Below are positions 1 to 13,676 of a DNA stretch of 64,000 bases, in pieces. The DNA comes from Podarcis melisellensis. Its lineage: Eukaryota. The notes beneath the pieces were generated by a model, which did no database searches, had not been told where the DNA came from, and saw only the letters and a list, made by a program, of their open reading frames with translations. The DNA is taken from assembly GCA_964234715.1 (NCBI GenBank), contig OZ174277.1. One strand, written 5' to 3'. Position numbers and translations under genes: made by a program. Every line of letters begins with the position of its first letter. Within the stretch, counting starts at the first letter, position 1.

Positions 1-617
1 AGTGAATCTTGGAGAGAATGAAATAAGGGCACTCTCAACATCCACCCATTAAAAGAAACCTAAGGGTGCATTAGCTCACATTTTATACAACTATAAAAGC
101 AGTGGGCAGGATTCAACTTATGAGTCCTGTCCATGGAAGCCCTACACAAAGACCTCTGTTTGCACAACAGGGTTTGACTCAGGGCAGTTGGGAGAATCTC
201 TGTAACAGCACCTTTGGGGGTAGGAGAGGAAAGAGGGTTGTTTTGTTTGGTAAGCCAAAATGCTTGCCCTGATGGAAGGGTTGCCTTAGTGAGGCATTGA
301 ATTTCTTCTAGTATAAAACAATCATTCATCAGGAAAAGATTGAAAAACAAAACACTTTAAAATATATATAAATTATATTTTATTAATTTTTCAAGAAAAC
401 AAACTATATTTTTGAAATGAATGGTTTGCAACCAGATTTTTTATAGACCACCGTACGATGCTTAACAGTTTTCCCCCTTTTTTCCATTTTCTATTAAATG
501 TATTTTCATATCATTAAAAAAAATAAAAATGGAATCTTTCACAAGATTTATAGCAACAAACACTGTTTTAGAATATCCCAAAAGAGCGCGAGAAAAAGAA
601 AGAAAGCAAACACTTAC

Positions 618-770
618 CTATTTGTAGGGCATCAAGTACTGGTGTGAATAGTCCACTTGGGTAAATTTTGATTATGAAAAATATATGCAACTGATCATCA
701 TGACAGGGGTTTTTGAATGTAGACACCAAGAAAGATGGCACTGGTGTATATGGCTTCACTATCTCTGTGC
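618..770 (-). CDS. CYB5R4: CYB5R4 coding exon 12; gene continues beyond the left edge
   Basis: 153 nt, cag|...|gtaagt; GTEIVKPYTPV...FFIIKIYPSGLFTPVLDALQI with the KPYTP flavin-binding motif. Confidence 0.96.
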
Positions 771-1864
771 CTGAGGAGAAGAAGAAGAAAATTCAACATT
801 TAGTATTCACAGAAACAATCCCTTTTAGTAGAGTCAACCGTCAATGTCAAATCACATTTTCTTACAAATAATGCAATTACTTCCTGCTAAATGTGGAAGT
901 CATATGGACCAGAAGCCCTAACCCCTTTTCTAGATAAACTGAGTGTTCAACATACCTGACCACGTGTGTATAAATGGGCTGAACAAAGAAGTTTTGAATA
1001 CCATCTGAGCGACTTTTTAAAAAGAAAAAGCATCTTACTGGTATTTATGAAAAGAAGTCATGCTGTGAGCTGACTTAGTAATTATGAGCTGATGGGCTGA
1101 GTTTCAGCGCTGATGTATTTTATCCTGGTACTTGTAACAAATGCAGCTTTTAAGGTTGGCTATTATCTTTGTCTAGTTGCTAAAACCTATTTTTTTAGAC
1201 TGTGGAAAGGCACAATGCTCAACGAAAATAGAATATCACCTTTCTTTCCGTTCAGAACTGCTTGCCATTTTCTCCTTGTAGCTTCTCCACTCGCACACTT
1301 CAATCCAGCGGGAGCCACTGATAACAGAGTTGGGGGAGCTATTTTTGTTGATTCCCCCTTCCCACAGTAATCCCTCCTGAACACCCCCAATGCATTCTGG
1401 AGGTTGGGGGACCCTCTCAAATAGTGTGGTAGGTGGCATGGGGGGATGTCTGTAGGAGAAATAAGGAATTTGCAAAAATGGCTTCTTCCCCTCTTCTGCA
1501 TAATAAAGCCCTCTATGAGCAGAGGAACACAACTGGGTATTATCCTATTTTATGCAAGATTAACTGGCTGGACATTGCAAGTTCTTTCTGGTGAGGTGTA
1601 AAGTAGTGGACATCTTCATACATAAAACACTGCTAAATGAACCTTTATAAAATAGAGTTTTAATTCCACAGTATATGGTTCCCTTTCAACATTTGAGACA
1701 TCCGAGCATTACCTATTTAATTAGGGTGGAACGTGTTTTTCATTTAAGAAGGTAAGTGATAAACTTGTGTGATCATTTGTGTGCCTTTCCTTTTTAAAAC
1801 AACACCACCACAACAGAATTAGAATATATTCTAGGAAATAACAAAGGATCTTTCTTTGCATTAC

Positions 1865-2005
1865 CTGTAATAGTTTGTCTGAGGTAAACATGGTGCCCAA
1901 CAGGGACCAGGAGATGAGTTCCCAGCGGTAATGCTAAACAGAAGAGTTGGGTGTCATGACTGACATTTGTCTTTGACAGCAATCTGCATTTTCTGTAATA
2001 CAGAC
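1865..2005 (-). CDS. CYB5R4: CYB5R4 coding exon 11 (FAD-binding domain)
   Basis: 141 nt; GLYYRKCRLLSKTNVSHDTQLFCLALPLGTHLLVPVGHHVYLRQTIT. Confidence 0.96.
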
Positions 2006-2648
2006 CTTAAAAATACAGAAACGGTAATTAATTCAATTCAGGCCACTCAAATGTTCACATTCCATGAATCTAAAGAGATACAGTACTTCTGTGTGCATAA
2101 CTCTTCTTCCATGACTGGAACAAAATCCTCAGATCCTCAAACCAAAGTCATGCAAAATATCTACTCATGCCTTTATCACTTGAAAAGTCAACAACTTATG
2201 CTTCAACCATTAGTGGTATTAAAATTAGTTATTAATACAGCAACAACAGATTCCTGCTAATATGACAATTTCAGCTATCATATCTGGTCCCATGTAAAGG
2301 CTATGGCATTTCTGAATCATTGCATTTTTTGTTTCCAAATACATCAAATAAGAATCGGAAACATAACTGAGATACTTTGCACTCTGCATAATTTTTTTAG
2401 GCAGCTGAGGAGAAGAGGGGATATAGAGAGGTTTTATTATCATGGACAGTACATTTTGCAGGTACAATGAAAACACAAAGCCATCATATTATACACAGCT
2501 ATACACAATGCTTTTGCTAAAACTATAATACATCCTTAAACATAGTCATTCTGACTATGCTGCAGACCTTGAACAGCAATCTGATTTTGTCTCCTAAAGT
2601 CTGGGTGTGCTGAAAAACAGTCATGAGTATGGCAGCAAAACTAATTAC

Positions 2649-2771
2649 CTCTCTCTGTGCGTTTGACAAAGGAGTTATGACTTTCCAATGGCTGTCCAAG
2701 TTTTTTCCAAGACAGAATTTCTTTCTTATTCAGGACAAATTCCACCTTTCCCACTTTTTCAGAGACCTGTA
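2649..2771 (-). CDS. CYB5R4: CYB5R4 coding exon 10
   Basis: 123 nt; VQVSEKVGKVEFVLNKKEILSWKKLGQPLESHNSFVKRTER(G). Confidence 0.95.
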
Positions 2772-3984
2772 CTAAAAATACACAGAGTGTTGTTCTATAC
2801 TAATACATACATGTCATTTTGTACAAAAAATGTAATTACAGCGTTCACAACCTGCCTCTGTTCAATTTATTATTAAAGAGAGAGGGAGGGAGTAAAGCCC
2901 TTGGGAGACCCACTGAAAGAAATGGTCTTTCGTTTCAATGAGTCTTCTCCGCGGATGGTAGTTGGATATTCTCCAGACACAATAAAATTGCAGGGCAGCA
3001 GCTGAAAGAATGAAACACAGCTACTTTGCTGAAATTAAACAGATTTGGTCTAGTCAGTGCCTGAACTCCTTATGTACCAATATTGCCATGAGCTGCTTGA
3101 TAGAGAGAGATGGAATAGAAATATAAGCAGTAATAGTCAGAATGTGAAAAGCATTTGATTAAATACCACATTTTGCAGTTTTTATCTGAATGAGAGGATA
3201 GCAGATGCATGCTCAACAAGACATTTTTACATATGGCAAGCAAGCAAATAAATAAATAAATAAGGGACAAATTATATTCAAAGGACAACAGATCGTTGTT
3301 ACAGGACCCAACATAGAGTAGCCTGAATCAAAAATAACAGCAATATAAGGAAGCTTTTGGCTGGTTCCTTCTTAACAGCAGCGCTCATGCAGAATGACAA
3401 ACTGTTTCTAAAGTAAAGTGAATTTCAAAAGTAGTTTGCAATATGGCACAGGGGTCTTTAATGCAACATTAAAGGGTTTTTTAAAAAAATCAACAGAAAA
3501 CACTTGTATGAGCAGAAAAGCATTTCTTTCAAACTGTTCATTGGTAAAAAAAACTCTCAAGAGACTCAAAAGACATTAAGATACAGTCAATCAAGAATCT
3601 TGACAGCTATGAAATGCATTACAATGAATAAGATAACTAACATAAAATGTAAGCTTTGCAAAGAAGCTGATGCAAGATGATACTCTCAGTTCTTAAGTTA
3701 ACATGCTGCTACAGTAAGCTAAACCAGTTTAACTTCAATGGTGCACCATGTGCATCTAACATTGTTTTCATATAGGCATGCATCAAATTGTGGTGAACCA
3801 TGCACAGCGCACTAAGATTATAGTCCAATCATATGAATTGCTATGCCAACAAATACTAAGGCTCTGAAGTCTTGATTAGCACAAGAGTTAACATGATATT
3901 AGAACAGGGAAAGTATTTCACATGACGGCACTCTACTATAGATTAGCCTTATTTAAGTTTCTCAACCAGTCATCTGGAAGGTAG

Positions 3985-4175
3985 GGGCAACTCTCAACTT
4001 ACGCTTCTGCGGATGGCACTTAAAGTAAAAAATGGCATATAGTCAAAACACACTGGGTTCAACAGCAGGTGGGATTCCAGATGCCCATCCCCCTTTTACC
4101 CCTTTTTAACTTTTTGGCCATGAGCAAAAAGCTGAATGCGCGTAAGTTAAATGTACGCAAGTTGCGAGTTACCTG
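3985..4175. mobile_element. Degenerate Tigger-like MITE
   Basis: aactctcaacttacgc...gcaagttgcgagttacctg-ta inverted ends. Confidence 0.55.
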
Positions 4176-4352
4176 TACTTAATATACAGCACAATAAATA
4201 CATAGAAATACAAGAAATATGTTACATTTCTTGCATGATGTAAGATTTCGGAAACAGCACTAGTAGTAATATTACTGAAAAAAGTGATCAGATACTGAAT
4301 ATACTAACAAGTCAGAGCAAAAAAGGCACTGTAAGAGGATGTACTTGCTTAC

Positions 4353-4385
4353 CTTTCATATCTTCATGAACTGCATAACTCAGTT
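4353..4385 (-). CDS. CYB5R4: CYB5R4 coding exon 9
   Basis: 33 nt, tttag|...|gtaagc; ELSYAVHEDMK(V), cf. mammalian LSHEVQEDFSV. Confidence 0.9.
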
Positions 4386-5660
4386 CTAAAACAGAAGTAT
4401 ATATTCTGATTTAATAAAAACCAAGTGTCTACATTGATTATTATGAGTATCAATAATCATTAAATGTACAGGTGTCGGGAAAATGCAAAGCTTTAGAGCT
4501 TTGGATTTCATCATTTAAATAAAGTTATGAGGTTCTCTACAATGGAAAACCCAAATAATTAGCTATACCACAAAGTTCCATTACATTAATATATAGGCAT
4601 GGCTTGGCAGTACATATTCAAGTCTTGGATGTGCATGCTCCCTTCTCCCCCTTTCCTTGCCAGGCGGCAATTCCCTCCCTTTGCACTAAGCATAGTTTGC
4701 TTTGAAACTGAAATTGGAAATACGCAACAGAATATTTTGGTTTGGTGGCAAATAGGAAGTGAGAGAAGAAACTGCAGCACCAGAGGGAAGGAGGAATTGC
4801 ATGTTTGTAGTGGCAAATTATTGCTTGCTGTTATACTTCAATTGAGCCTCATAATGCAACCGATTTACTAATCACCTTATAAACCACTGTCTCAGGCTGA
4901 TTTACACATAAATTAAAAACAGAAAAACAACAGATACATTTAAAACAAAACTAAAACTTTTACAAATGGAGACTCGTGATAAAACTAGTCATAAATCAAG
5001 GATCCACGTATCTGGTGTGTGCACACAGCTGGAGCTTCAAAGCTCAATTTTAGAAAGTGTGCATTACATGCACAGTGTCTCCAACATTTCCAGTAGAGGC
5101 TGGGGAAAGCTTGGAAAGCCTCTATCACTCAGTAGAGACGATTCTGAGCTAGATGGAGCATCCTACACTTGCACTCAGTTGCTCTGTTTTACCAAGTTCA
5201 ATATCTGACAATTTAATGGTGCCCTTTAATGGTGCCCAAAGTCTATCACTTGAATTTTCTGCTGGAGAGGAAAGATGCTTTTAAAAATGAACACTAGCTA
5301 CTCTTAAGGAACAGAACAACTGCATGCAGGAATGAAACTCCAACTGAATGCACAAGTCTCTCCCTCAACATATTTCACATCTTTGGAGTCTAGCCTTAAC
5401 ATAGAGATACCAGCCTTTCCCAACCCTGTGCTCTCTAAGCATTGTTGGACTACAACTCCCATCAACCCTGACCTCCAGCTATGCCTACCAAGTACAAAAC
5501 ATTCATGGGGTGCCATGGCTTGAGTACAATACACTCTTATCACTGCGGGATTTTAATGCAGCTGAGCTGCATTTACATATGAGTGTATATGTGCATCCAT
5601 TACATGTATATAATTACATGTGCACCTCTGCAATGAAGAATTTGCCAGTAAAGTCCTTAC

Positions 5661-5754
5661 CGAGATGTAAAAGATACGAGTAGTCTTTCACAATCAGCTC
5701 TCCTCTCAGTTTGCGTTCTTGAAGATCAGCTATCACCAATTCACTGTTCATATC
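5661..5754 (-). CDS. CYB5R4: CYB5R4 coding exon 8
   Basis: 94 nt, aag|...|gtaagg; DMNSELVIADLQERKLRGELIVKDYSYLLHL. Confidence 0.93.
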
Positions 5755-5996
5755 CTTACAGAGGAAGGAAAATGAAGGTTTTTCAAAGTGGTTGTTAAAA
5801 TTGAAGTGTTTTTTATTATAATAGTGCACCATCAATGCGCAAAGCACTTTACAAAGTAACAAGAGTTCTCCACAGTGGAGAGTTTTCAATCTGAACCTAT
5901 CAAGAGGAGCCAAGAAAGAAGACAGGAAGGAGGAGGTGGTGAGGGTAAATGGTTGAAGAAGGCACTTCACTTCCACATACTTAAGCTTGGTTTTGG

Positions 5997-6240
5997 NNNN
6001 NNNNNNNNNNNNNNNNNNNNNNNNNNNNNNNNNNNNNNNNNNNNNNNNNNNNNNNNNNNNNNNNNNNNNNNNNNNNNNNNNNNNNNNNNNNNNNNNNNNN
6101 NNNNNNNNNNNNNNNNNNNNNNNNNNNNNNNNNNNNNNNNNNNNNNNNNNNNNNNNNNNNNNNNNNNNNNNNNNNNNNNNNNNNNNNNNNNNNNNNNNNN
6201 NNNNNNNNNNNNNNNNNNNNNNNNNNNNNNNNNNNNNNNN
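5997..6240. other. Assembly gap (N run)
   Basis: 244 N, abutting a SINE tail. Confidence 1.
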
Positions 6241-6452
6241 CGCTTTATCACTACCCGAAGGAGTCTCAAAGCGGCTAACATTCTCCCTTCCCTTCCTCCC
6301 CCACAACAAACACTCTGTGAGGTGAGTGGGGCTGAGAAGCTTCAGAGAAGTGTGACTGGCCCAAGGTCACCCAGCAGCTGCATGTGGAGGAGCGGGGAAA
6401 TGAACCCGGTTCACCAGATTACGAGACAACCGCTCTTAACCACTACACCGCA
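6241..6452 (-). mobile_element. tRNA/CORE-type SINE (Squam3-like); tail lost in the N gap
   Basis: Near-identical to the 46.56-kb copy; A-box GGTGTAGTGG and B-box on the minus strand. Confidence 0.8.
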
Positions 6453-6806
6453 GTGGCAAGTGAGACCATAGAGGTGTTCTTGGAGGCAGTTTCAAGCATA
6501 TGGAGAAGCAAGAAACAACTCTGGACAGCTGTTCATGAGGGAGCTGGAGGAGCAAAGCCAAGGTGACTTGAGTTCAAATTCCCAAGCTAGCCACGAAATG
6601 TACAGAGTGGCCTTGATCTAGTCACTATTTCTCAGTCTATCCTACCTCACAGGGTTGTTATGAGGATGAAATGTGGGGGGAGAACAAGTACGTTGCTTTG
6701 AGCTCTTTGGGGCAAAGACTGGATACAAATGGAGCTACTAAATGATATATTGGAAAAACAAGTATAGAGTTTTCAAAATTCTTTAATATAAAAAGCAATT
6801 CTCTAC

Positions 6807-6864
6807 CTTTTGTTTAGTGTATATGACCACGGTGATGGAACCATCTGTCTGGAACCAATCATAA
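6807..6864 (-). CDS. CYB5R4: CYB5R4 coding exon 7 (CS domain start)
   Basis: 58 nt; (S)YDWFQTDGSITVVIYTKQK, the typical CS-domain YDWxQT start. Confidence 0.96.
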
Positions 6865-7378
6865 CTGAAATATTAGGGGGGAAAACCTATTAATCTTTTT
6901 GAAACAATGCATGTATATATCTGCCTCTGTCTTCATTTGTTTGCTGAAGAAATATGCCTAAAAGCACTTGAAAACATTCCACTAACTAACGAAGCTTGTG
7001 AGCAAAACTCTGGCAGTCGCACCAAAAGATTGATATTAACTTAGTTTACTTTAATCTGAAAGGCACCATCACATAGAACAAACGTTGAGTTACTTTGTTT
7101 TGTTTATAATTTGAAATTACTGTAGTAGAATTTAGCTGCCCATTTCCCACTCCACCAAGTGGTGGAGTGGGAAATGTACCAAGAATCCCAGCCCCCTAGA
7201 AATTACTGAATTGTTATTCATGACATTAAATAGTGTAACAATGGTCACAGTACTGCAGCTATTTCATGGAACTGTCTAGAGGGGTTCACCTAAGAGCTGC
7301 TAGTTGTTAGTGAAGCTTATGTAAAATAGAGCTTTACAAAGATTTTATAAAAATGATAATGCTGTCTTAGAATAGTAC

Positions 7379-7433
7379 CTGGGAACTACTTCTTTGGAAT
7401 AATTATCCGGGACTTTCTTTTTAGAAAACAGAC
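7379..7433 (-). CDS. CYB5R4: CYB5R4 coding exon 6
   Basis: 55 nt after a long polypyrimidine tract, phase 1-2; GLFSKKKVPDNYSKEVVPS joins exon 7 in frame. Confidence 0.87.
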
Positions 7434-9955
7434 CTGCAAAAAAGAAAAAGAGAGAGAAAGAAATGATATACATATATAGGGACCTATAAAAAGCAAATAT
7501 TCATTAGGTAAACAAATTGACTTAAATCCACGGTTCCCATGGGCAGAACTCCACGCATGGGCTGCTCCTGTGGAGGAATGGCAAAGGATATTTTCACTGA
7601 CCCCTGCACAGCCGGAGGAAGTGATGGGGGGGGTGGCCTGGGGAGAACAGACAATTGCTTCCCTTCCTCCTTCTACAGTGGCAGCCTTCACTGGATCGGT
7701 CCCATTAGAAAGTGGAAGGAGTTTATAGAAGGGATAATCTGCATCCACCCCCAAGTATGCAGATATAACCTTAGTTTCATGCCATTTTATCAGCATGAGA
7801 CATGTATAAGCCCAACCAACGTCTCAGCAGGTTACAATAATATATGAGGAGAACATGCATGTTGATCTGAGCTTCTTGGACAAAGGGCAATATAAAAACA
7901 TAGTAATAATAACTTTTTCAAATAAAGAACACTGTCTACCTGGGACATATCAGGCACTTGCTGAAATTAGTTCAGAACATTCAGTTCAGAGTTGATTGTC
8001 CTTAGGTACCTGGAAGCACTCAAGTTCAGGATACAACGTTCATGCCTCCACAAGTTTAAATTGTCTGAGGCACAGAAACACCCCAATCCAAGAGAAGGGA
8101 GGGGAAAGAGGCAGCCATGTATCACTTGTCAAAGAGCAAAGCGTAACAGATGGGATCCTGGTTTAAATTCATTTGTTTTGAGCTCAGATGAGGTTTCTGT
8201 CAGGGTGCCTAACATGCTAGTGTGATGCAATTTTAAAATGTATAAACAGTTTTAGTAAATACAGTGCGCACACACACACACGTGCGCACACACACACACA
8301 CACACAGAACTTGTATTAAAAACACAAAGAAACCAGGTACCATATAAGACTGCGGAAGAGTTTCACAGTTGCTAGCAGCTGCACACACCTTTGAACATAG
8401 CCTGAACATGACATTGCTCAAACTTTCACAACGTCAAATTCCACAGAACAGCATTTGGATGTGTTTCCGCTGTTTACCTCAAATTCATTTGTTTAAGAAT
8501 ATTCATATACTGCTTCATATTTTAAAGTATCTAAAGTACCTGCAGCGCTGATTATACCACATAATTAGAGCCATTATCCATCTGATCACACAAGGGCCCT
8601 GCCTTGAGTCTGCTGCATGTGAAAGCAAAACGAATCTAGACAGCTCTCAACTAAGTACAATTCAGAGTACTGTGAAAACAGCCTTTGAGTCTGTTTTTTA
8701 GTGGTGTGGGTGGGGGGAAAGTGTCCTGCAAAGCACTCAGCTTCACCCCATAGCCAGCAGCTTGTTGTTATAAGCATCTCACCTCACTTCCAGAATACCT
8801 GCTGCCTTTGGGCCTGCCCCAGTCGCCAGTTAGAAGAGCACTACTTTCCCCTTCATCCAAACAAGACACTGCAGCAGAAGACTATGCATAAAACTGGAGT
8901 AATCCATACTTTAATGAAATTTTATTTGGAAGTAGGGGGTGGATAACTTTTTTCTCCCCAGTCCAATGACTGCAATTCAAAAATGGAAAACCATGAGGGA
9001 CACATGCCTGACTATGGCCAAAGTGGTCTCTGAATGCGCAACTGCTGTTGCATGCAGGCACTTTACTCACCACAAACTCTTGTTTCAAAACACACACATA
9101 AAAATTGTTAATCCAGGCATGCATCTTCCACAAACTGCAACTCCCTATCCCAGCACTAGGATAACCTCTCCTCTTAGCCCAACATGGAGATGGGAGAGAT
9201 TTCCAGCTCAGAGAAAGGACTATTTCCATCCAAAACACAGCAGTCTTCTACTCTTGGTGGAAGCCAGCCTCATGCGGGGAAGTGGGCCGCATTTAAAGGC
9301 TTGGCAAATCAGATCCAACTCATAGGTTGTAGGGTTCACCACTCCCAGTGTAAAGGATCAAAATGAATGCTGGATCCACTGCACATAGTTATATGGTGCA
9401 AGAGACAGTAATACTCCCACCCAGCCATGAGTTTTGCAATGTTATGAGACCCAACAAAAGAACAGAGACAACTAGTAACTCAAATCCAAAGAAAGTCACA
9501 CAAAGTCCATAGACATAAATTTATGTCAATGTCCTGTTGCTTTTCATGGGTCTTCTCAGATTTCCCAAGGAAATCTTTCCCAAAAGGTTGGGAAACTCTC
9601 AAAAAGTGTGTGAGTTGGGGAGACATGGGGCATTTCAGAGAGGAGGGGAAACTGATGAAAATCTGCTAGTGGAAGCTACCACTAGATGGAACGCGCTTCT
9701 GTGAACAGAATGGACATGTAGGATTTAAGTCAAATACCGTTAAAAGGTGAGGATAAGGGATCCAGATAGCCAGATGAAAATCCACACACCCCAATACCAC
9801 TAGGCATTCTGTCTAAATTCTACCATCTAAATATAGCTCTTGTTATTTGAAAAGATGTCCTTCACTTGGTAATGGAAATATCATTCAAGAATGCTGACCT
9901 TAAGGTTCCCAGGTGTCTAATGCAAGTCTGAACAGAAAATGAGTCAAACAAAGCC

Positions 9956-9956
9956 A

Positions 9957-10008
<52 letters not shown>
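9956..10008 (+). repeat. (GAAA)n microsatellite
   Basis: Directly visible. Confidence 0.95.
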
Positions 10009-11628
10009 ACTGGAATACTGCTGATGATTTGAAACAGTGAAAGTATACCTGTTCCACTATGTGGTAGCAGTTTCTAAACCTTACCAGTAACTATAATAAA
10101 ATATTAAATGGTTAAAACTGGAATATTTTCCATTAACCATCTCTTCAGGATGAGGAAACTCGGTATTATTCAAGACCTATGATCCAAAATAAGTAGAATC
10201 AAAGTTTGCTATACCTATAGAAACACAACAGAAAAACAAAATCTGCCCTCTTAATGAATTGTCAATAATACACTATGAAGACTTCCCAGGGGAAGAGATT
10301 TTTAGAATGCCCTTTAGAAACTCTCTGTAAACAATGCTTAGCATTTCTTTTATTGATTAAAATTGATCTTTTCCTGCTTGCCTAAAGAAAATATATTTAG
10401 AATTATACTATTATACTATAACTATGTTACAGGGTTGCTGTAGATTTTTAGTAATTCCTTCATTCATTTTTTCTCCTATATTTACATGTTATAGTGTTCT
10501 AAGAGTTCAGGAATATCATACTGCTTACGGGGACCACATACACTGAAACTGTTACTACTGGAAATTCACAGACTTTCTTGAAGTTAACAACAACAACAAA
10601 AAACAATCCAGTTTAATGCAGCAAGACTGAATTTTCAAGCCTCGACAATTTATTTCCCAACTTCCTAAATGCTGCAAGTGACCTTTATATTAAAGTCTAA
10701 ACTAGATTCAACACAGGAAACATGGGACACAATAGAAAACTCAGTGAAAATATCAACTGTCTGCTATAGCACAGGGGGGAAAGTACTGTGTGACCACATT
10801 CCAATTGCATTTGAAAGATAATATTTCCGCTTAATAAGCCAAGGTACGATCAAGCATTTTGCCCAAGCCTTTTCCCTCTTATCTGGAAAAAGAAGAGAAC
10901 AGGTGGCATCCAACTAACATGTCCTGTCGGCGCAAGGATTTCCTATAGTGCAACAGAACATCCCACCCACCAGAGCAGATTTGGGGAGAACATAGGGCAT
11001 GTGCAGGGGGACAAGGGAGAAAGTTCTGTTGTCCAAGTGCAAATCCTTGTGCTAACCGGATGCATTAGTTAGCTACACAAGTAGGTCTTGCCCCAATGAT
11101 TCATTTGCAAGGACTGAAGGTCCCCGCCTTCCCGCCAGCCTATAAAGCTCCTCCTCTCCATGGTCTTTCTGAAGCAGTCACAGACTGCATCTGCATACAA
11201 CCACTTTCTGCTCTTCCCTTTCCATTTCTCTAGGAGAAATGGGCTGTAGGAGACCAGGAGAGAGGGCAGCTGGTCGCAGGAGGAGGGGGATTCTCCTTGG
11301 ATTTTCACCAGCCTGCCTCATTGCTGCCTCTTGGTCCCCCTCTTTTCCAGCCTCCGCTTCTCCCACAGAGTTTGAACCGCTCTCTGACACAGCTCACTAA
11401 ACCCTGTTACCTCTTTTGCCTCCGACTGCTCCTCCTCCCTCTCACCACTAATTGTCACCCCACCACCAACCTCCCTGGCTCTCAGCCTTCTTCCCCTGGG
11501 GGTTCCCTGGAGGGTTCTCCAGCTAGTGCCTCCCACCACTCCTCTGCCTCCAGCCAGTCCATGACATGGTCACATATTCAGACCCCATTGGCACAACTGC
11601 TTTGGCCCTCTACTTTTACATCTCAATA

Positions 11629-11834
11629 CAGTGGTACCTCGAACACTTCAGGTTACAAACACTTTGGGTTACAGACTCCGCTAACGTGGAAGGAGTACCT
11701 TTGGTTAAGAACTTTACCTCAGGATGAGAACAGAAATCACGCCATTAGCTAAAGTGGTACCTCAGGTTAAGAACGGTTTCAGGTTAAGAACAGGCCTCCA
11801 TAACGAATCAAGTTCGTAACCAGAGGTTCCACTG
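11629..11834. mobile_element. Tc1/mariner-type MITE (CAGTGGTACCTC family)
   Basis: TA-flanked TIRs; four copies in the window. Confidence 0.85.
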
Positions 11835-13373
11835 TACAGTATATACAACACAGAATATTATGCTCGATAAGCTTCTTATCACAATAAAGCTTTCCCCCCA
11901 GTTTCATCATAAACTTACACTGCCCTTTAGTGTTGCAATATTAGATTATTTCTTACATCCACCCTCACAAGGCAAATTCTCAACATTTCGCTTTCACAGA
12001 TGGAGAGCACAGCCTGGGGAAAACTGATTTTCCCAAAGTCCCATAATAAAAAACGGCTCTAAGTCTAATGCAATATACAGGGAAAGATTTGGCCCTTGTG
12101 GATTTCTCTGCATACCAATTCTTCTCCGGTTCTGCCACTATGCTAATGAACTCAATGAATGGTGGCAACAGAAAATTGGTTTCATGGCAGGCTTTTTAAT
12201 TATAGTTTTGTTCCTGTTCTATTCATAAATTACAAGCAGAGAATATACCTGCTTTTTAGGTGAAGGCATGGTAGATTATCTTTATAAAGAAAGACAGATG
12301 AGGGGGAGTTGAGTCAGAGGGCTTATTTACACAAGGTAGATGACTCAGTGTTGTTTTGCTGCTCTTCATATCCGCCCACGCTTATTTGCAATGAATTTCT
12401 GATTCAGGCCATTTTTACATGTCCAGTACAGTGACTCTAGTATTGTTCAGATATATTTATCGGCTAATGAAGCATATTATTGAAGCAGACTTTGATGGTG
12501 ACTTATTCAGCTCAGTCACCCATTAACCCTTTCAAACAAAAAACAAACGTGTTACTCCATGATAGCTACTGATAATATGGTATTAATTTTTAGCCAAATA
12601 TAATTCTTGGTCCATATGTTCTACAGGTATTTCTCCAAAGCAACAATTTAACAGCCTTTCCTCCTTATTCTCAGCAGATACAATAAGCTGTTATTCCTTC
12701 CTATAGCTCGGTGGATCGCTTTATATGATCAGAATTATGCTGATACAGGAAGGGGTGGGGAGTAAGAGAGGGAGAGAAGAACCAGTTTACTGCCTTTTTA
12801 ATACTTCTCCACAATACTCTTAAAAACTAGATTCTGTATTTTGGAAGAAGCATTTTACTCTTAACAACAAGAAGTGACATGAATTGTGGCAGGGCTAGCA
12901 CTGTAGAGCCTCACTGGGGTGGGAGAGTAGGAAAACTTCACCTCGAATTTTGGTTCTGAAATGTATTTTGTTCACAACTGCAGACATCCTTTTGTTAGCA
13001 GCAGTCAACCCTGTAGGAATCAAACCTAAAAACAGACTTAAAGAATAAAGAAATCTAAATTCTAGTTTCAGTTAAGAAACTCACTGCTCAGTTAAGTAGC
13101 CGACTTCTGATTAGGACATAAGCGACAGAAACACAGAAACTTTTTCATCATCTCTTCAGAATCATCTTTTAAATTGTTTGGTATGTGTCAAATCTAGATC
13201 AATCAACTGTAGCAAGAAGCAATGGGTAGGTGTTGTATGTTTCCTCTCCACTCTCTTCCTCTGGTGCAACCACAAGGAGATTAGAAGCTTTTGTTTCTGT
13301 TTCCAATTAACAGCAGTCTGTTACTATGTCCATTCTCTGAGAAACAGTGATTAGTCTTAAGTATGGTTTAAAC

Positions 13374-13487
13374 CAGGCATAGGCAAACTCGGCCCTCCAG
13401 ATGTTTTGGGACTACAACTCCCATCATCCCTAGCTAACAGGACCATTGGTCCCAAAACACCTGGGGGGCTGAGTTTACCTATGCCTG
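13374..13487. mobile_element. hAT MITE (CAGGCAT family)
   Basis: TIRs; 8-bp TSD GTTTAAAC. Confidence 0.88.
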
Positions 13488-13539
13488 GTTTAAACTAACT
13501 TCAAACCGTGGTTTGTAATCCCAATTTGCTAGTCTAAGC

Positions 13540-13676
13540 CAGGTATCCCCAAACTCGGCCCTCCATATGTTTTTGGGACTACAACTCCCATCATCCCTAG
13601 CTAACAGGACCAGTGGTCAGGGATGATGGGAACTGTAGTCTCAAAACACCTGGAGGGCCGAGTTTGGGGGTGCCTG
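13540..13676. mobile_element. hAT MITE (CAGGCAT family)
   Basis: Fold-back structure; 8-bp TSD GTCTAAGC. Confidence 0.88.

Noticed and set aside
5614-6471. Long ORFs of 198-231 aa
   Set aside because: Inflated by the N gap; only CYB5R4 exon 8 within them is real
11297-11752. 151-aa Pro/Ser-rich ORF
   Set aside because: Pyrimidine-skewed sequence running into a MITE; no domain or splice support; possibly an old LTR-like repeat
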